Shown here one piece after another: positions 29,600-40,377 of a DNA stretch of 64,000 bases. The stretch's first letter is position 1. Each line of letters starts with the position of its first letter. The position numbers were made by a program, and so were the translations under genes. The notes beneath the pieces were generated by a model. The model was not told the origin of the DNA, did not search any database, and saw nothing but the letters and a program-made list of their open reading frames with translations. The DNA comes from Nostoc sp. (GTDB lineage Bacteria; Cyanobacteriota; Cyanobacteriia; Cyanobacteriales; Nostocaceae): the NCBI GenBank assembly GCA_036918135.1, contig JBALDB010000067.1:32001-96000 (forward strand). The letters are read 5' to 3'.

Positions 29600-32500
29600 T
29601 CAAGTCAGGGAGTGACTTTTTAAAAGTGGTAGTTTGACTGTAAATGTTGCGCCTTGTTGTTCGCCAAGGCTATCTGCACGGATGGTGCCGCCATGTAATT
29701 CTACTAAATGACGCACGATCGCTAATCCTAGTCCTAATCCCCCATAGGTTCTGGTGCTAGAACTATCAGCTTGACGAAAACGTTCAAAAACGTGAGGCAG
29801 AAAATTAGCACTGATGCCAATCCCTGTGTCAATTACTTGAATTTGGGCATATTTGTTGGTTGTCTGTTGTTTTTCTTCACCATTGACTACTGACAATTGC
29901 ACCTCTACCCTTCCTTTTGGGGGTGTGAATTTGATGGCATTGGATAGCAAATTCCAGATAATTTGTTGGAAGCGATCGAAATCACCGGAAACTAAAAATC
30001 TTGAATCTTCACCTTTGAAACTGCCTTGTGGGTGTTGAGTGCTTGGGGATTGTGCTTGGAGATTTTCGGTTTCTGTTGAGGGAATCAGGGAAAATCTCAA
30101 ATCGATTTCCTTAGATTGGGCGGCTAAGCTAACAGTTTCTAAGCTCGACTCAATTATCGGCACTAAATTACAAGTACGGACATTAAGGCGTAATTTGCCT
30201 GTATTCATCCGCGATATATCCAGCAAATCTTCAATTAGCTGGGTTTGCGCCTTAGCGTTGCGCTCAATTGTCTCCATACCTTTAGCGATTTGGGTTTCGC
30301 TGAGCTTGCTGCGTTGCAACACTTGTGCCCAGCCAAGGATAGCATTCAGGGGCGATCGCAATTCATGGGACAATATCCCTAAAAACTCATCTTTTATCCG
30401 GTTAGCTTGTTGCAACTGCTCTGTTTGCTGCTGCAAAGATGCAATTAAACTAGCTCTTTCCATTGCGATCGCAATTTGGTCGCATACTGCTTGCATCATC
30501 CCCTTTTGATTTTCGGTGAAGCTTAGCCGAGTCCGACTGCCAAACGAAAGAGTACCTAACAACCGTCCCTGTGCGATTAATGGGTAACAATAATAAGCAC
30601 TAATGCCTAAAGAACGAATCAATTCTGTTTTCGGGTCAGTTGATTGCTGCACATTCTCTACAGCTATTGAATAGCGTTGCTGGGCTACAGTACCACAAAC
30701 TGCTTGACCAAATGGCAAGTACTGAATTTTATCTGCCAGTTCTGGGAAAATGCCACCGTAAGATTTTAACTGCATTACCTGAGAGTTATCCTCAATCAAA
30801 TAGTTGAAGTAAACATCTAAACCAATTTGCTCCGAGAGTTTTCGGAAGACACTATCGATTAATTCTATTGGTTGCTGGCTCGATAGCAGCTCGTTAGCTG
30901 TCTCAAAAAGTACCTTTAACCTCTGGTAACTCAAGGAAAGCGCTTCTTCTGCTTGCTTGCGTTCTGTAATATCTAAAAATGCCCCAACGCACCCTCTGGT
31001 GTTCCCTTCTTCGTCAAACAAAGGTGCAACGTACTCCAATAGTTTGACTATTTTTCCGTTTTCATGGATGACATCAAGTTCAACATCCAGAACTTCCACA
31101 CCATGAGCAGCAGAGTACTGCATGGGAAGTTCTTCTGTTGACAGTTCCCTTCCTTGGGAGTAAATTTTAAACTTTGTGGGTTTTTCATCAAAGGTAGCGC
31201 TCAGGGAAGCATTGGTATCTGACGATATGCCTAACTGCTTAGCAAAAGCAGGGTTGACCTTGATATTTTGGCATTCTGGATCTTTAGCAATGCCGATACC
31301 AATGGGAATTACCTCTAACAAAGTTTGTAATTCAGTGATGCGACGCTGTAGATCTCTGTTTAGTTGTAAAATTTGTTCCTTGGCCTGTTTTTGCTCGCTG
31401 ATGTTGCGAGTTACAGTCGCCAGAGCAATCGCTTCACCTGTGTTGTCTGTAACAGTAAAGATATTATAATCTACTGGTATCGCTTGGCCTGTTTGCAGAT
31501 GTCGGAAGCGGAATTCTCCCTGCCAACGCCCTTGTGATAACACAGTTGGCAGTATGTACTGTTGAAAATAGTCTTTGTCTTCGGGCATGACATAATCTAA
31601 TACTGCTTTTTGCTTTACCTCTTCAAGGCTTGCAAGCCCTACTAACTTTTGAGCTGCATCATTTATATAAAGTAATTCTCCCTCAAGGGTGGCGATACCA
31701 ATAAAATCAGAGCTATTTTCTACCAACGATACTAATTTTTGTTGCTCTGCTTGTGCTTGCTTGCGTTCGCTCAAATCAAGGACAAACGCTACTGACTCTT
31801 CGCGTTTTTCTCCTAACAGCACATAACCAACTAAAATCGGGATTCGGCTACCATCTTTGCGAATGTATTCTTTCTGGTACGGTGTACAAGTACCTTTGGA
31901 GTTTCCCTTTGCTTCGATGATACCTTGTTGGTCTAAATATCGATGCTCTGGAACTGTGATCTCTCTCCAACTTAATCCGCCTGCTAACACATCTTCTTGC
32001 GTGTAACCAATTATTCTGAGATATTCGTCATTTGCCTGATGGATACCGCCGTAGACGTCGGCAAATGCAATGCCGATAACGTTAGCATCTACGAAACTTG
32101 CCAGTTTATCTTCGTAGGCTCTAAGTACTTGTAGTACGTGTAGGTTTAGCCCATCGGACATATTGCGCCGATCGCTCAAGTATTCAATAACCCTAGCACT
32201 TTGCCAAATCAAAACAGTAAAAATTACAATTAGGACGATGGCAAACACTGATACTGCAAAAGCTGGATCGTATTGTCCAGCGCGTTGAGCTTCAACAATT
32301 ACCCACCCTACAAGAAAAGGTACTGCGATCGCCGTAACCAACAAACGTCGCGCAACTAAACCGCCGTAGCTATCATTTGTAACTACTCTCATTAAACCCT
32401 GTTGGGTCTGCGCCCACAAAATGCCTATACCTAGTAAATTGAACAACAGCGCTGTGTGTAACGCCATTGATGTTGTATAAGGAGCGATGCTATAAAGAAC

Positions 32501-33124
32501 TTTGACTTTGTAGGCATAACCCATAAGCACCTGAAAGGAAATCAAAGTAGTTATTAAAGCGAGAATTTGGGCACACCAATAACTGCGATGGTTTTGCTCG
32601 TTGAGAAACTGTAAGGCTACGCTGACCAGTATAAAGTTTAGTGCCGTATTCACTCCCATTCGCCCCGGATGTGATGTCGCTAAACTGGTACGGAAGTCAA
32701 GAAATAGCAACCGATCGATACCAAAATTCCAGCCGAACAGATATTCACAGAGTGTGAGTGCAGCAATTGTGGTAACTACTATTGCACAAATCCTAGAAAG
32801 CAAAAGAATATGCGAGTAGCGGTAATTTTTTATTGTTCTTTGTTTCCCTGTTTGTTTTCCTTCATCTCCCCTTTTGCTTGTTCTCTCTCCTGTTAAGAAA
32901 AGCCATAGCGACATACCAGACAGCACAAAGCACAGCGCTGTGTTGAATTTCATTGTGGCCAGACTACTAGGGAAACCGCGCTTGAGAACTTCAATTTCAA
33001 GCCACCAGCCAGTTAGAACCAAGCTGCCAACCAAAATAGGGATTGCACTTGCGATTTTTGCCACAAATGAATTCGGAGGAATTTTAAATATATCTTGCAC
33101 TTGCAAGCGGTTAACTTTTAACAT
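29600..33124 (-). CDS. Membrane sensor histidine kinase (multi-TM, 3 PAS, GAF, HisKA, HATPase)
   Basis: N-terminal TMs; PAS/PAC motifs ([17 protein letters not shown]); [17 protein letters not shown]-box, [22 protein letters not shown]. Confidence 0.92.
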   Translation of the reverse strand: MLKVNRLQVQDIFKIPPNSFVAKIASAIPILVGSLVLTGWWLEIEVLKRGFPSSLATMKFNTALCFVLSGMSLWLFLTGERTSKRGDEGKQTGKQRTIKNYRYSHILLLSRICAIVVTTIAALTLCEYLFGWNFGIDRLLFLDFRTSLATSHPGRMGVNTALNFILVSVALQFLNEQNHRSYWCAQILALITTLISFQVLMGYAYKVKVLYSIAPYTTSMALHTALLFNLLGIGILWAQTQQGLMRVVTNDSYGGLVARRLLVTAIAVPFLVGWVIVEAQRAGQYDPAFAVSVFAIVLIVIFTVLIWQSARVIEYLSDRRNMSDGLNLHVLQVLRAYEDKLASFVDANVIGIAFADVYGGIHQANDEYLRIIGYTQEDVLAGGLSWREITVPEHRYLDQQGIIEAKGNSKGTCTPYQKEYIRKDGSRIPILVGYVLLGEKREESVAFVLDLSERKQAQAEQQKLVSLVENSSDFIGIATLEGELLYINDAAQKLVGLASLEEVKQKAVLDYVMPEDKDYFQQYILPTVLSQGRWQGEFRFRHLQTGQAIPVDYNIFTVTDNTGEAIALATVTRNISEQKQAKEQILQLNRDLQRRITELQTLLEVIPIGIGIAKDPECQNIKVNPAFAKQLGISSDTNASLSATFDEKPTKFKIYSQGRELSTEELPMQYSAAHGVEVLDVELDVIHENGKIVKLLEYVAPLFDEEGNTRGCVGAFLDITERKQAEEALSLSYQRLKVLFETANELLSSQQPIELIDSVFRKLSEQIGLDVYFNYLIEDNSQVMQLKSYGGIFPELADKIQYLPFGQAVCGTVAQQRYSIAVENVQQSTDPKTELIRSLGISAYYCYPLIAQGRLLGTLSFGSRTRLSFTENQKGMMQAVCDQIAIAMERASLIASLQQQTEQLQQANRIKDEFLGILSHELRSPLNAILGWAQVLQRSKLSETQIAKGMETIERNAKAQTQLIEDLLDISRMNTGKLRLNVRTCNLVPIIESSLETVSLAAQSKEIDLRFSLIPSTETENLQAQSPSTQHPQGSFKGEDSRFLVSGDFDRFQQIIWNLLSNAIKFTPPKGRVEVQLSVVNGEEKQQTTNKYAQIQVIDTGIGISANFLPHVFERFRQADSSSTRTYGGLGLGLAIVRHLVELHGGTIRADSLGEQQGATFTVKLPLLKSHSLT

Positions 33125-33506
33125 TGAGTGATTTCTAACCGCATCTATCTAGTGTAATAAACTACCATACTTCTTAAGGATTAATTATTTAGCTCCATTG
33201 TATTCTATGCTACCCCTTTAGTAGGCTTTCATCTACCTTTATACATATTTTTCATTGCACAATTTACAGTAATAAATAAATGGTGGTTCAAAAATCGACC
33301 TTTGTGAGGATTTTCTAATTACAAAGGATGTTATTAATTATGGTATTAGAAGCATTGCTCCTCAACACTACAAACTTTATAATCACTTCAGATAGTGGGT
33401 GTATCGAGAGTTTAGGACTTACGCAATCTACAAACTAACCATAATCTGTGTTACTGGCTTTGGTCGTTTCAGGCGCTTTGTATACCCTAATTTATTCACT
33501 TGCTTT

Positions 33507-33700
33507 GCGTAGGTGTAGCCATCGTAGCGAAAAGTCGAGCCAGTGCTACCTCAGTGCGTTGCGTCAGAATCTTCTAGCGTCTATTACAGCGGTTTTTGCT
33601 GTAGATCCGAAGGTGCAAGACAGAGGTATCTATTAGTGCAGCTAGCTGTATTCGGCGCAGTGCAAAGTCATCAGCCGTACTCCGAAGGAGAAGCAAGCTA
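33507..33700 (+). repeat. About 180-190 nt structured non-coding element, copy 1 (copy 2 at 36782..36960 on the minus strand; partial copy at 40031..40066)
   Basis: GTAG.GAAAAGTC.AGCCA.TGCTA.CTCAG..C.TTGC.TCAGAATCT.CT.GCGTCTA...AAGTCA.CAG.CGTACTCCGAA is shared between copies. Confidence 0.8.
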
Positions 33701-34066
33701 TAAGTATAAGAATTTTAACTGAGTTCATTTTTATTCATATAGTTTAATTTTTTTTTGCAAATTTACATACAGGATAATTTGAATTAAGAGTATATATCTT
33801 TTTAAGAATTTGATTTTTATCAAGTATATTTTTTATGTCTATCATCCTAAAGATACAAAAATTATAAATAATACTCTAACTTTACAGAATAATATTGCTG
33901 AAGTCTAAACTAAAATTAACTTTATGAAAATGCTCAATTTATATAAACAAGATTACCTGAAAAGCTTTTACATATTTTATTATTTTTACCTAAAAATTTG
34001 ATTTTAATTATCACTTTAATAGAGCTATTTATAGCAAAAAACTTAGGCTTGAAACTCTACAAAAAT

Positions 34067-34830
34067 ATGCTAAACGACTCTGGTAAAGCAAGTTATATTT
34101 AGATAATAAGCGCAAAAGTTCTATAATAATCCCCACTTACAGAAAATATTTATACAGATGTGTGCGTTGTTAGTAGTGGGATAGCGGGGATGTCAACTGC
34201 CTATATTTTAATCCGCCAAGGTAAGTCTGTAATCGTGCTGGATAATGGTTTGATGAGTGGGGATCAACCAGCCCAGACAACAGCATACTTATAGAATATG
34301 CTAACTTATTGTTACTAAAGATTAAAGCAAATGCACGGTAAAGAGGGGCCAAAAGTTGTTGACCAAAGTCATATAACAGCAATTAAGTTAATACTATAGA
34401 GGCGATCGCTACCTAAGAAAAAATATTAACTACAATTTTGAGCAGCTTGATGGCTATCTGTTTCCCTGAGAGTTAAAATCACTCGATAAAATTCAGCAGG
34501 AGTTAGAAGCTGCACGCAGGTACACTCTTAATTAACTTGATTTTGGGACGAAAAAATACCTGGGCAGAGCTTTATGACCCATTACGTATGACAATTGGAG
34601 GAGTAGGTAATTTTAGATTGGAGAAGCTCAACGTTGCTACCCACTATTCAAATAATTACCCCCAAGAAATATTGATTCTGTGAAAAAACTCGCTCCTAGT
34701 AGGGGTGCAGTCTGTGCGGTATGGTTAGACAAAAGCCGCAGCTTCCTAAGACGAAAACGCCACACTCCAGGTATATTTGGCAATCTGTACTCACCTCAAC
34801 TGTATCGTCACTTGGAATTTCTCATAAAGC
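34067..34830 (+). pseudogene. Decayed FAD-dependent oxidoreductase with C-terminal Rieske domain (YhfW-like)
   Basis: Fragments across frames: MLNDSGK..., LTENIYTDVCVV, IAGMSTAYILIRQGKSVIVLD, QTTAYL, HGKEG, LDGYLF, ELEAARR, WAELYDP.R, AICTHLNCIVTWN. Multiple stops, frameshifts and a large internal deletion. Confidence 0.8.
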
Positions 34831-35429
34831 TGAGTAGGCTATTTGCTTAGTTTTTTATTATTAACCAAGTGAATACACGGGAACTTCTTGTTCTAGGTTA
34901 TAGTCACTAATGACTCTTCCCAATCAGCGATCGCTGCGTTATGTTTCCAAAACTCACTTACCTTTATTTTCGGCAAGCTGTGCTTCACATCTACAGATGT
35001 ATACAGTTAGTGTTATCTCTTGTCAGTTTTTACTCAATTGTCTCTATAGATACAAAAATTCTAGCTAATTAGTCGTATTAACGCATATTTAGAGCAATTT
35101 TAAATTCCGATAATCAATCTACATTATTGGATAAATTCGGCTAAAACCAATTGAATATTAACATAATTGAGAATATTTGCCTGAAAAATTTATTCAAGCT
35201 AGATACTACTACACTTCACGCTTTTTTGCATCCGAAAACCTATATACTAGACTAGACTTTGATCGATTTGAGGCTTTGTTAATTACAATACCAAAAACTA
35301 TTAATTTTTAGATGAAATAGTAGCGTATCTTATAGTCTATAGTTTTTAAGGTTTAGTCAAAACTATATCCAGTATTATCAAAAAATTGCAAACTTCATGT
35401 GGTGTAACAATCAAGCGGGGAGTGAAAAT

Positions 35430-36257
35430 ATGAATTTACGTACAGATGCATTGCAAATCCTCAAAGAAACTAGCCGAACTTTTTATATTCCAATTAGCCT
35501 TTTGCCGCCGGGATTACAAGAAGCAGTAGCATCAGCGTATTTGTGTATGCGTGCCATTGATGAAATTGAAGATCATGCACAACTAGATAACGTTACTAAG
35601 ACGAAGCTGTTACGTACAATTAGCCTGAGACTACAGGCAGGGGTTGATGGCTTCCCAGTAGATGCTTTCTTTGCAGGATTTAGTGGGTATGAAAATTCCT
35701 TAGAAGAAGTTACTCTTAGGATTAGAGAATGGTCACTACTAGCACCGGAAACTATTGCACCTCGAATTTGGGATGCAACTGCTGCAATGGCAGACCGAAT
35801 GGGTTACTGGGCAGAAAGAAACTGGAAAATTTATACAGAATCTGATTTAGATCGTTATACGTTTGGGGTTGCAGGTGCAGTAGGATTGTTGCTCTCTGAC
35901 TTATGGACTTGGTACGATGGAACACAAACTAACCGTACTCAAGCAATTGGCTTTGGTCGCGGCTTACAAGCAGTGAACATCCTGCGTAACCATACTGAAG
36001 ATTTGAGGCGTGGAGTAGACTTTTTTCCACAGGGTTGGAGTGCAGCAAATATGCAAGAGTATGCACGGCGCAATTTAATGTTGGCAGAAAGTTATACCAA
36101 AGGTCTGCCTAACGGCCCAGCTTTAGACTTTTGCCAAATTCCCTTAACCTTGGCTAATGGCACTCTTGACGCCCTTGCTAATGGTAAAGAAAAACTTAGC
36201 CGCAGTGATGTATTTGCACTTCTCGAACAACTAATTGGTGTGAACGATTCACGATAA
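35430..36257 (+). CDS. Squalene/phytoene synthase family protein (cyanobacterial squalene synthase type)
   Basis: TSRTFYIPI, AYLCMRAIDEIED, DLDRYTFGVAGAVG, GLQAVNILRN..ED..RG. Confidence 0.9.
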   Translation: MNLRTDALQILKETSRTFYIPISLLPPGLQEAVASAYLCMRAIDEIEDHAQLDNVTKTKLLRTISLRLQAGVDGFPVDAFFAGFSGYENSLEEVTLRIREWSLLAPETIAPRIWDATAAMADRMGYWAERNWKIYTESDLDRYTFGVAGAVGLLLSDLWTWYDGTQTNRTQAIGFGRGLQAVNILRNHTEDLRRGVDFFPQGWSAANMQEYARRNLMLAESYTKGLPNGPALDFCQIPLTLANGTLDALANGKEKLSRSDVFALLEQLIGVNDSR

Positions 36258-36781
36258 GTTAAAGTTTTGAGGTTTTGTCAAGAGTCAGTATAAAGGAATT
36301 CACTCATGCTAGCAAACTGGTTACAGTGTGTCTTCTATCTCAAAGCAATACCGACTAAAAAAACTGAGAAATCTTGACCATAATTGACCCGAATATTCGG
36401 GCAACAAGAATTTTTCTGGGGAAAGTTACTAAAAATTTCTTAATAATTCACAGTCCAGAGTTCTCTAACCAAAGCCGAAGATTCCGAAGCTTCAGTTAGA
36501 ATTAAGAATACTTTGATACCAAAGTGAATTTTTAAGAAAATTAAGAAGTTATACTACGCTTGATTTTCCAAATATTTTGGATTATGGCGACTGACACCTT
36601 TATTTTGACAAAATTTCGCCAATGGGTTCTGTTGCTTTCCAATAGAGTTAATTAAACACGTGTTTCATGATTTGCTGTCACAGATGTTGTGAAGACGATA
36701 CAAAAAAAGCCTTAAGTCTTTAATTACTCGCCTTTTTTCTTTTCCTTGACAAGTCCTACTTTACTCTAAGTTTTTTATAAC

Positions 36782-36960
36782 TTTCGGAGTACGACTGGTG
36801 ACTTATGCCCTGCGTCGAACAGAACTGCGCTAACGGTCTCTCTTGCCGCCCTTCGGGTATCTACCGACCCGAAGGGTCGCACTAGACGCCAGCAGATTCT
36901 GAGGCAAGGCGCTGAGTTAGCAGTGGCTTGACTTTTCCCTACCTCGAAGAGAGCTACACA
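36782..36960 (-). repeat. About 180-nt structured non-coding element, copy 2
   Basis: The reverse complement aligns with 33513..33686 and contains a CGACCC-TTCG-GGTCG hairpin. Confidence 0.8.
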
Positions 36961-37403
36961 AAGAAACTGACGAATCATAAAATATCTTACTGTTCACAGT
37001 TAACTGTCATCTGTCATCAACTATAGATTAGGGTAGCTTTAATAAGTATTTATGGAACAGAAAAAATACAAGTCTTCATCAGCACCTAAAAACCTCAACT
37101 AAAGCGGACTTACTTCAAAAATCAACTTGATGTCTCTACAACTAAGATTCTGGAGTAAAAAAGTTGAAAAATAACACACCATCAAAGGGCTAACCATAAT
37201 ATTATCAAAATTATTAAAAAACGTTATTCTTTGAAAAACTGATTGCTTAATGAATCTAATAAATGTATTCTTAAAAGTGGCTTTTAAATGCCAACAAAAT
37301 ACAGTTTCAGTAAAGTAATCAGAGTGTTGTCGAAGGGGCAGGCGCACTCTCAATGACTTATGGTTAGAGTAGAATGCAATTTTTGATCTTGCTTGATTGA
37401 CCA

Positions 37404-38543
37404 ATGATAATTGTTGCTTTAAAGATAGTCTTGCTGGTTGCGATCGCTGCATCAGTAGCCTTTTATGTTTGGTGTGGAATCTGTCTTGTTTGGTTTAGAA
37501 CCACTGTCAAGCAGAAAATAAGTGTCAATCACCAACCAGTATCGCTATTAGTTCCGGTTTGCGGAGTAGACGAAGATGCTCGTGAAAACTGGGCTTCTTT
37601 TTGTCAGCAAGACTATGAAAACTACGAGGTGCTGTTTGGGGTGATGAACCCACAAGACCCTGCTGTCCCCATCTTAGAAGAACTGGTAGCAGAATTTGGC
37701 GATCGCGCCCAACTCCACTTTTGCCTGGAAGTACGCGGTATCAACCATAAAATCAGTAATCTGATGCATCTTCTCGAGTTCGCACGGCATGAAATTGTCA
37801 TTTTCGCTGATAGTGATATCTGCGTCGATCCCAATTACCTTAATACCGTCACAGAACCTCTTTGCGAGTCGTCCGTAGGTGTCGTGACCTGTGGTTATTT
37901 AGACCACACTCCCAAAGTATTCGGAGCAGCTTTAGCGTCTTTGGGACGATGTATTGACTTCATTCCCAGCGTGCTGGTGGCTCGTAGTTTGGATCGTGGT
38001 CTGCGATTTGCGATCGGTCCAACTATTGCCACCCGTAAATCTGTGCTAGCAGACATCGGTGGATTGCAGAGCGTACTCAACCGTATTGGTATAGATTATC
38101 ATATCGGAAAAATGGCGGCTGACGCTGGCTATCAGGTAAAACTCTCAGAATATATCTTGCAAAATAACTGTGGGCGTGAGACCCTGAAGAAGGTATTCCT
38201 CCGAGAACTGCGCTGGGCTAAAACAATACGTCTAAATTACGGGCCGAAGTACTACAGTATTGGTTTAACTTACGGCACAGTGTACTGCATCCCTTTACTT
38301 TTGCTGGGTGATTTTCAAAGCTGGGCAGTCATCGTATCCTTTACTACTTTCGCAATTAGAGTGATTCAGGTACTAATAGCTATCCAATGTTTGGACTGCC
38401 CGAAACTCTTATGGTGGCTTTGGCTACTGCCCATTCGTGAGTTGCTCAACTTTGCCATCTGGATTAGAGGCTGTTTCGGTCAAAGTGTCAATTGGCGCGG
38501 ACGAGTGCTGTATATTAGTGCAGGTGGCTTACTTACAGATTAG
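37404..38543 (+). CDS. GT-A glycosyltransferase, ceramide glucosyltransferase / HpnI-like (GT21)
   Basis: N-terminal TM, PVSLLVPVCG, SFCQQDY, NHKISNL, ADSD (DxD), IDY, RELRW, C-terminal TMs, V.WRG. Confidence 0.85.
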   Translation: MIIVALKIVLLVAIAASVAFYVWCGICLVWFRTTVKQKISVNHQPVSLLVPVCGVDEDARENWASFCQQDYENYEVLFGVMNPQDPAVPILEELVAEFGDRAQLHFCLEVRGINHKISNLMHLLEFARHEIVIFADSDICVDPNYLNTVTEPLCESSVGVVTCGYLDHTPKVFGAALASLGRCIDFIPSVLVARSLDRGLRFAIGPTIATRKSVLADIGGLQSVLNRIGIDYHIGKMAADAGYQVKLSEYILQNNCGRETLKKVFLRELRWAKTIRLNYGPKYYSIGLTYGTVYCIPLLLLGDFQSWAVIVSFTTFAIRVIQVLIAIQCLDCPKLLWWLWLLPIRELLNFAIWIRGCFGQSVNWRGRVLYISAGGLLTD

Positions 38544-38688
38544 TAGCTCTGCTGTTTTTCCATTCGCTCAAAATTCAAATAATATTAATCTTGGGGTCAC
38601 ACAAGTGTGTAAAATACCTATGCAAGTGAAGCACAGGTAAAAATTCTAAACCTTGTAACGACTAACTAAGGATAAAAGGAATCCGCTT

Positions 38689-39807
38689 ATGTCAGTCTTG
38701 CAGCAACTGATCGACGCCGTTAAGCTTCTGCCAATGGGTGGCCCAGGCATATGCAATATTGCAATCACTAATGTCTGTAATGCCAAATGTGATTTTTGTA
38801 ACTATGCACGAGACAAAATGTTCGTAAAGGAGCGGCTGTGGGTCGATTACGATCGAATGTGTCAGGGGCTTGACATTCTCTACGAACGCGGGATTCGTTA
38901 CGTGACGCTCGTTGGTGGCGAACCGACATTACATCCAAAGCTGAAAGAGATTGTGGCATATACGGTCAACAAAGGTATGCGACCTTCAATTGTGACGAAT
39001 GGATCGCGCTTGGGGTCTACCTTGATTAATGAACTTAAAATCAGTGGTTTGAAAACGCTGTTTATCTCTATTGATTCGCCATCTAATGAAGAACATGAAA
39101 AGAATCGCGGCTTGCCGAACGTATGCGATCGCATTAAGGAAGCCAATCAAGAATGCAAACGTTTGGGAATAAAAACTATTGCCTCGGTAACTATTAACAA
39201 GTTGATCGAAGACTTTCCCGAACTTCTAGATTCTCTTAAAGAACTTGGTTTTGAAACTGTAAACTTTGCCTATCCCAAAAGGGTATTAAACTCCTCTGCT
39301 CTCTCTTTTTCCCAAACCTCGGAGCTAATTAATTACAGCACAGATGAATTGGTTCAAGCCTTGGAAAAGATTAAGTCACTTAAAGGTGAATTTAGGATTC
39401 TAAATTCTAGCGAATCATTAGCAGAAATAGTGCGATTCGTCCGTCAAGAAAAGCAGATTTACCCTTGTGTTGGAGGATACAAATATTTTTACGTAGACTA
39501 TCACTTAGATATTTATCGATGCGATTATTGGCCGACTAAAATAGGTTCAATTTTTGAATTTCGCGATCGCCCCTTTGTTCGGGATCGTTGTACAAAATGT
39601 ATGAGTGGTTGTTATCGAGATGCTAGCGTACTCATACATCCTGCTGTATCAGTAGGTGATGCACTTGGGGACTTACGCCAAGGTAAATTGTTAAGTGCTA
39701 TCGGTCACTTAGGCAAGCGCAGCAATTTTCTTTCTTTAAAAACACTAATTCAAGAATGGAGTACGTTGAAGAAGTTAGCGAAAACTCATAGTCAAGGCGA
39801 TTTCTGA
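38689..39807 (+). CDS. Radical SAM protein with C-terminal Cys-containing (SPASM/twitch-like) extension
   Basis: CNAKCDFC, GGEP, VTNG, ISIDS; C-terminal CVGGY...YRC...CTKCMSGC. Confidence 0.88.
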   Translation: MSVLQQLIDAVKLLPMGGPGICNIAITNVCNAKCDFCNYARDKMFVKERLWVDYDRMCQGLDILYERGIRYVTLVGGEPTLHPKLKEIVAYTVNKGMRPSIVTNGSRLGSTLINELKISGLKTLFISIDSPSNEEHEKNRGLPNVCDRIKEANQECKRLGIKTIASVTINKLIEDFPELLDSLKELGFETVNFAYPKRVLNSSALSFSQTSELINYSTDELVQALEKIKSLKGEFRILNSSESLAEIVRFVRQEKQIYPCVGGYKYFYVDYHLDIYRCDYWPTKIGSIFEFRDRPFVRDRCTKCMSGCYRDASVLIHPAVSVGDALGDLRQGKLLSAIGHLGKRSNFLSLKTLIQEWSTLKKLAKTHSQGDF

Positions 39808-40377
39808 CAAATTAAGGTTTTGGCTGCAAATCTCAGATGAAAAAGCCTAAAACCTATTCTGTATAAATAAAAATGCGTATATAAATTAGTTGTTCTGGGC
39901 TTTGCTGTTTCCGTAGTTATACGGAGCAATTCACTGGACAGGATGTCTGTCTTCAAAAGTAACGCTCCTCTGCTGCAAGGTTGAAGCAGTCTGTTGGCTC
40001 TTTTCCCCCGCTTAAAGGAACTGCCGTTAAGCTACTGCTCGACTTTTCACTACGACGGGCTACGCACCCCTCAAATATGAAAGCAACTTTAAGTTCCACA
40101 AGCAAACTGGCAACAACGTCTCCTGCGACAAAAGCCTACCCAGGCTTTGTTTCTCAGCCACTGGGCATTAAACCGCAGTATTACATAGAAGTAGTTAATA
40201 GTGAAAGTATAATCAATTATGTTGTTATAAAAATGCTTTTACGTAATATCATGTAAACTTTAAAAACTCTTCAAAGGATTTCCAGCAAAAATTACCTGGC
40301 AAGAGTTGATTGAGATCTAAATAATTAAAAGAGAGTATAAAACTCCTATGATTATTCGTGCAGCGAGTTGACAGTGC

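Noticed and set aside
33448..33636. 62-aa ORF, and the 67-aa ORF at 36775..36978
   Set aside because: Both overlap the non-coding repeat, and the frame is not conserved between copies.
34170..34382. 70-aa minus-strand ORF
   Set aside because: Antisense shadow of the plus-strand oxidoreductase pseudogene.
39890..40256. Riboswitch or 91-aa ORF upstream of the Ser/Thr kinase
   Set aside because: I could not match any known RNA motif by eye, and the ORF runs through repeat fragments with no recognisable domain.
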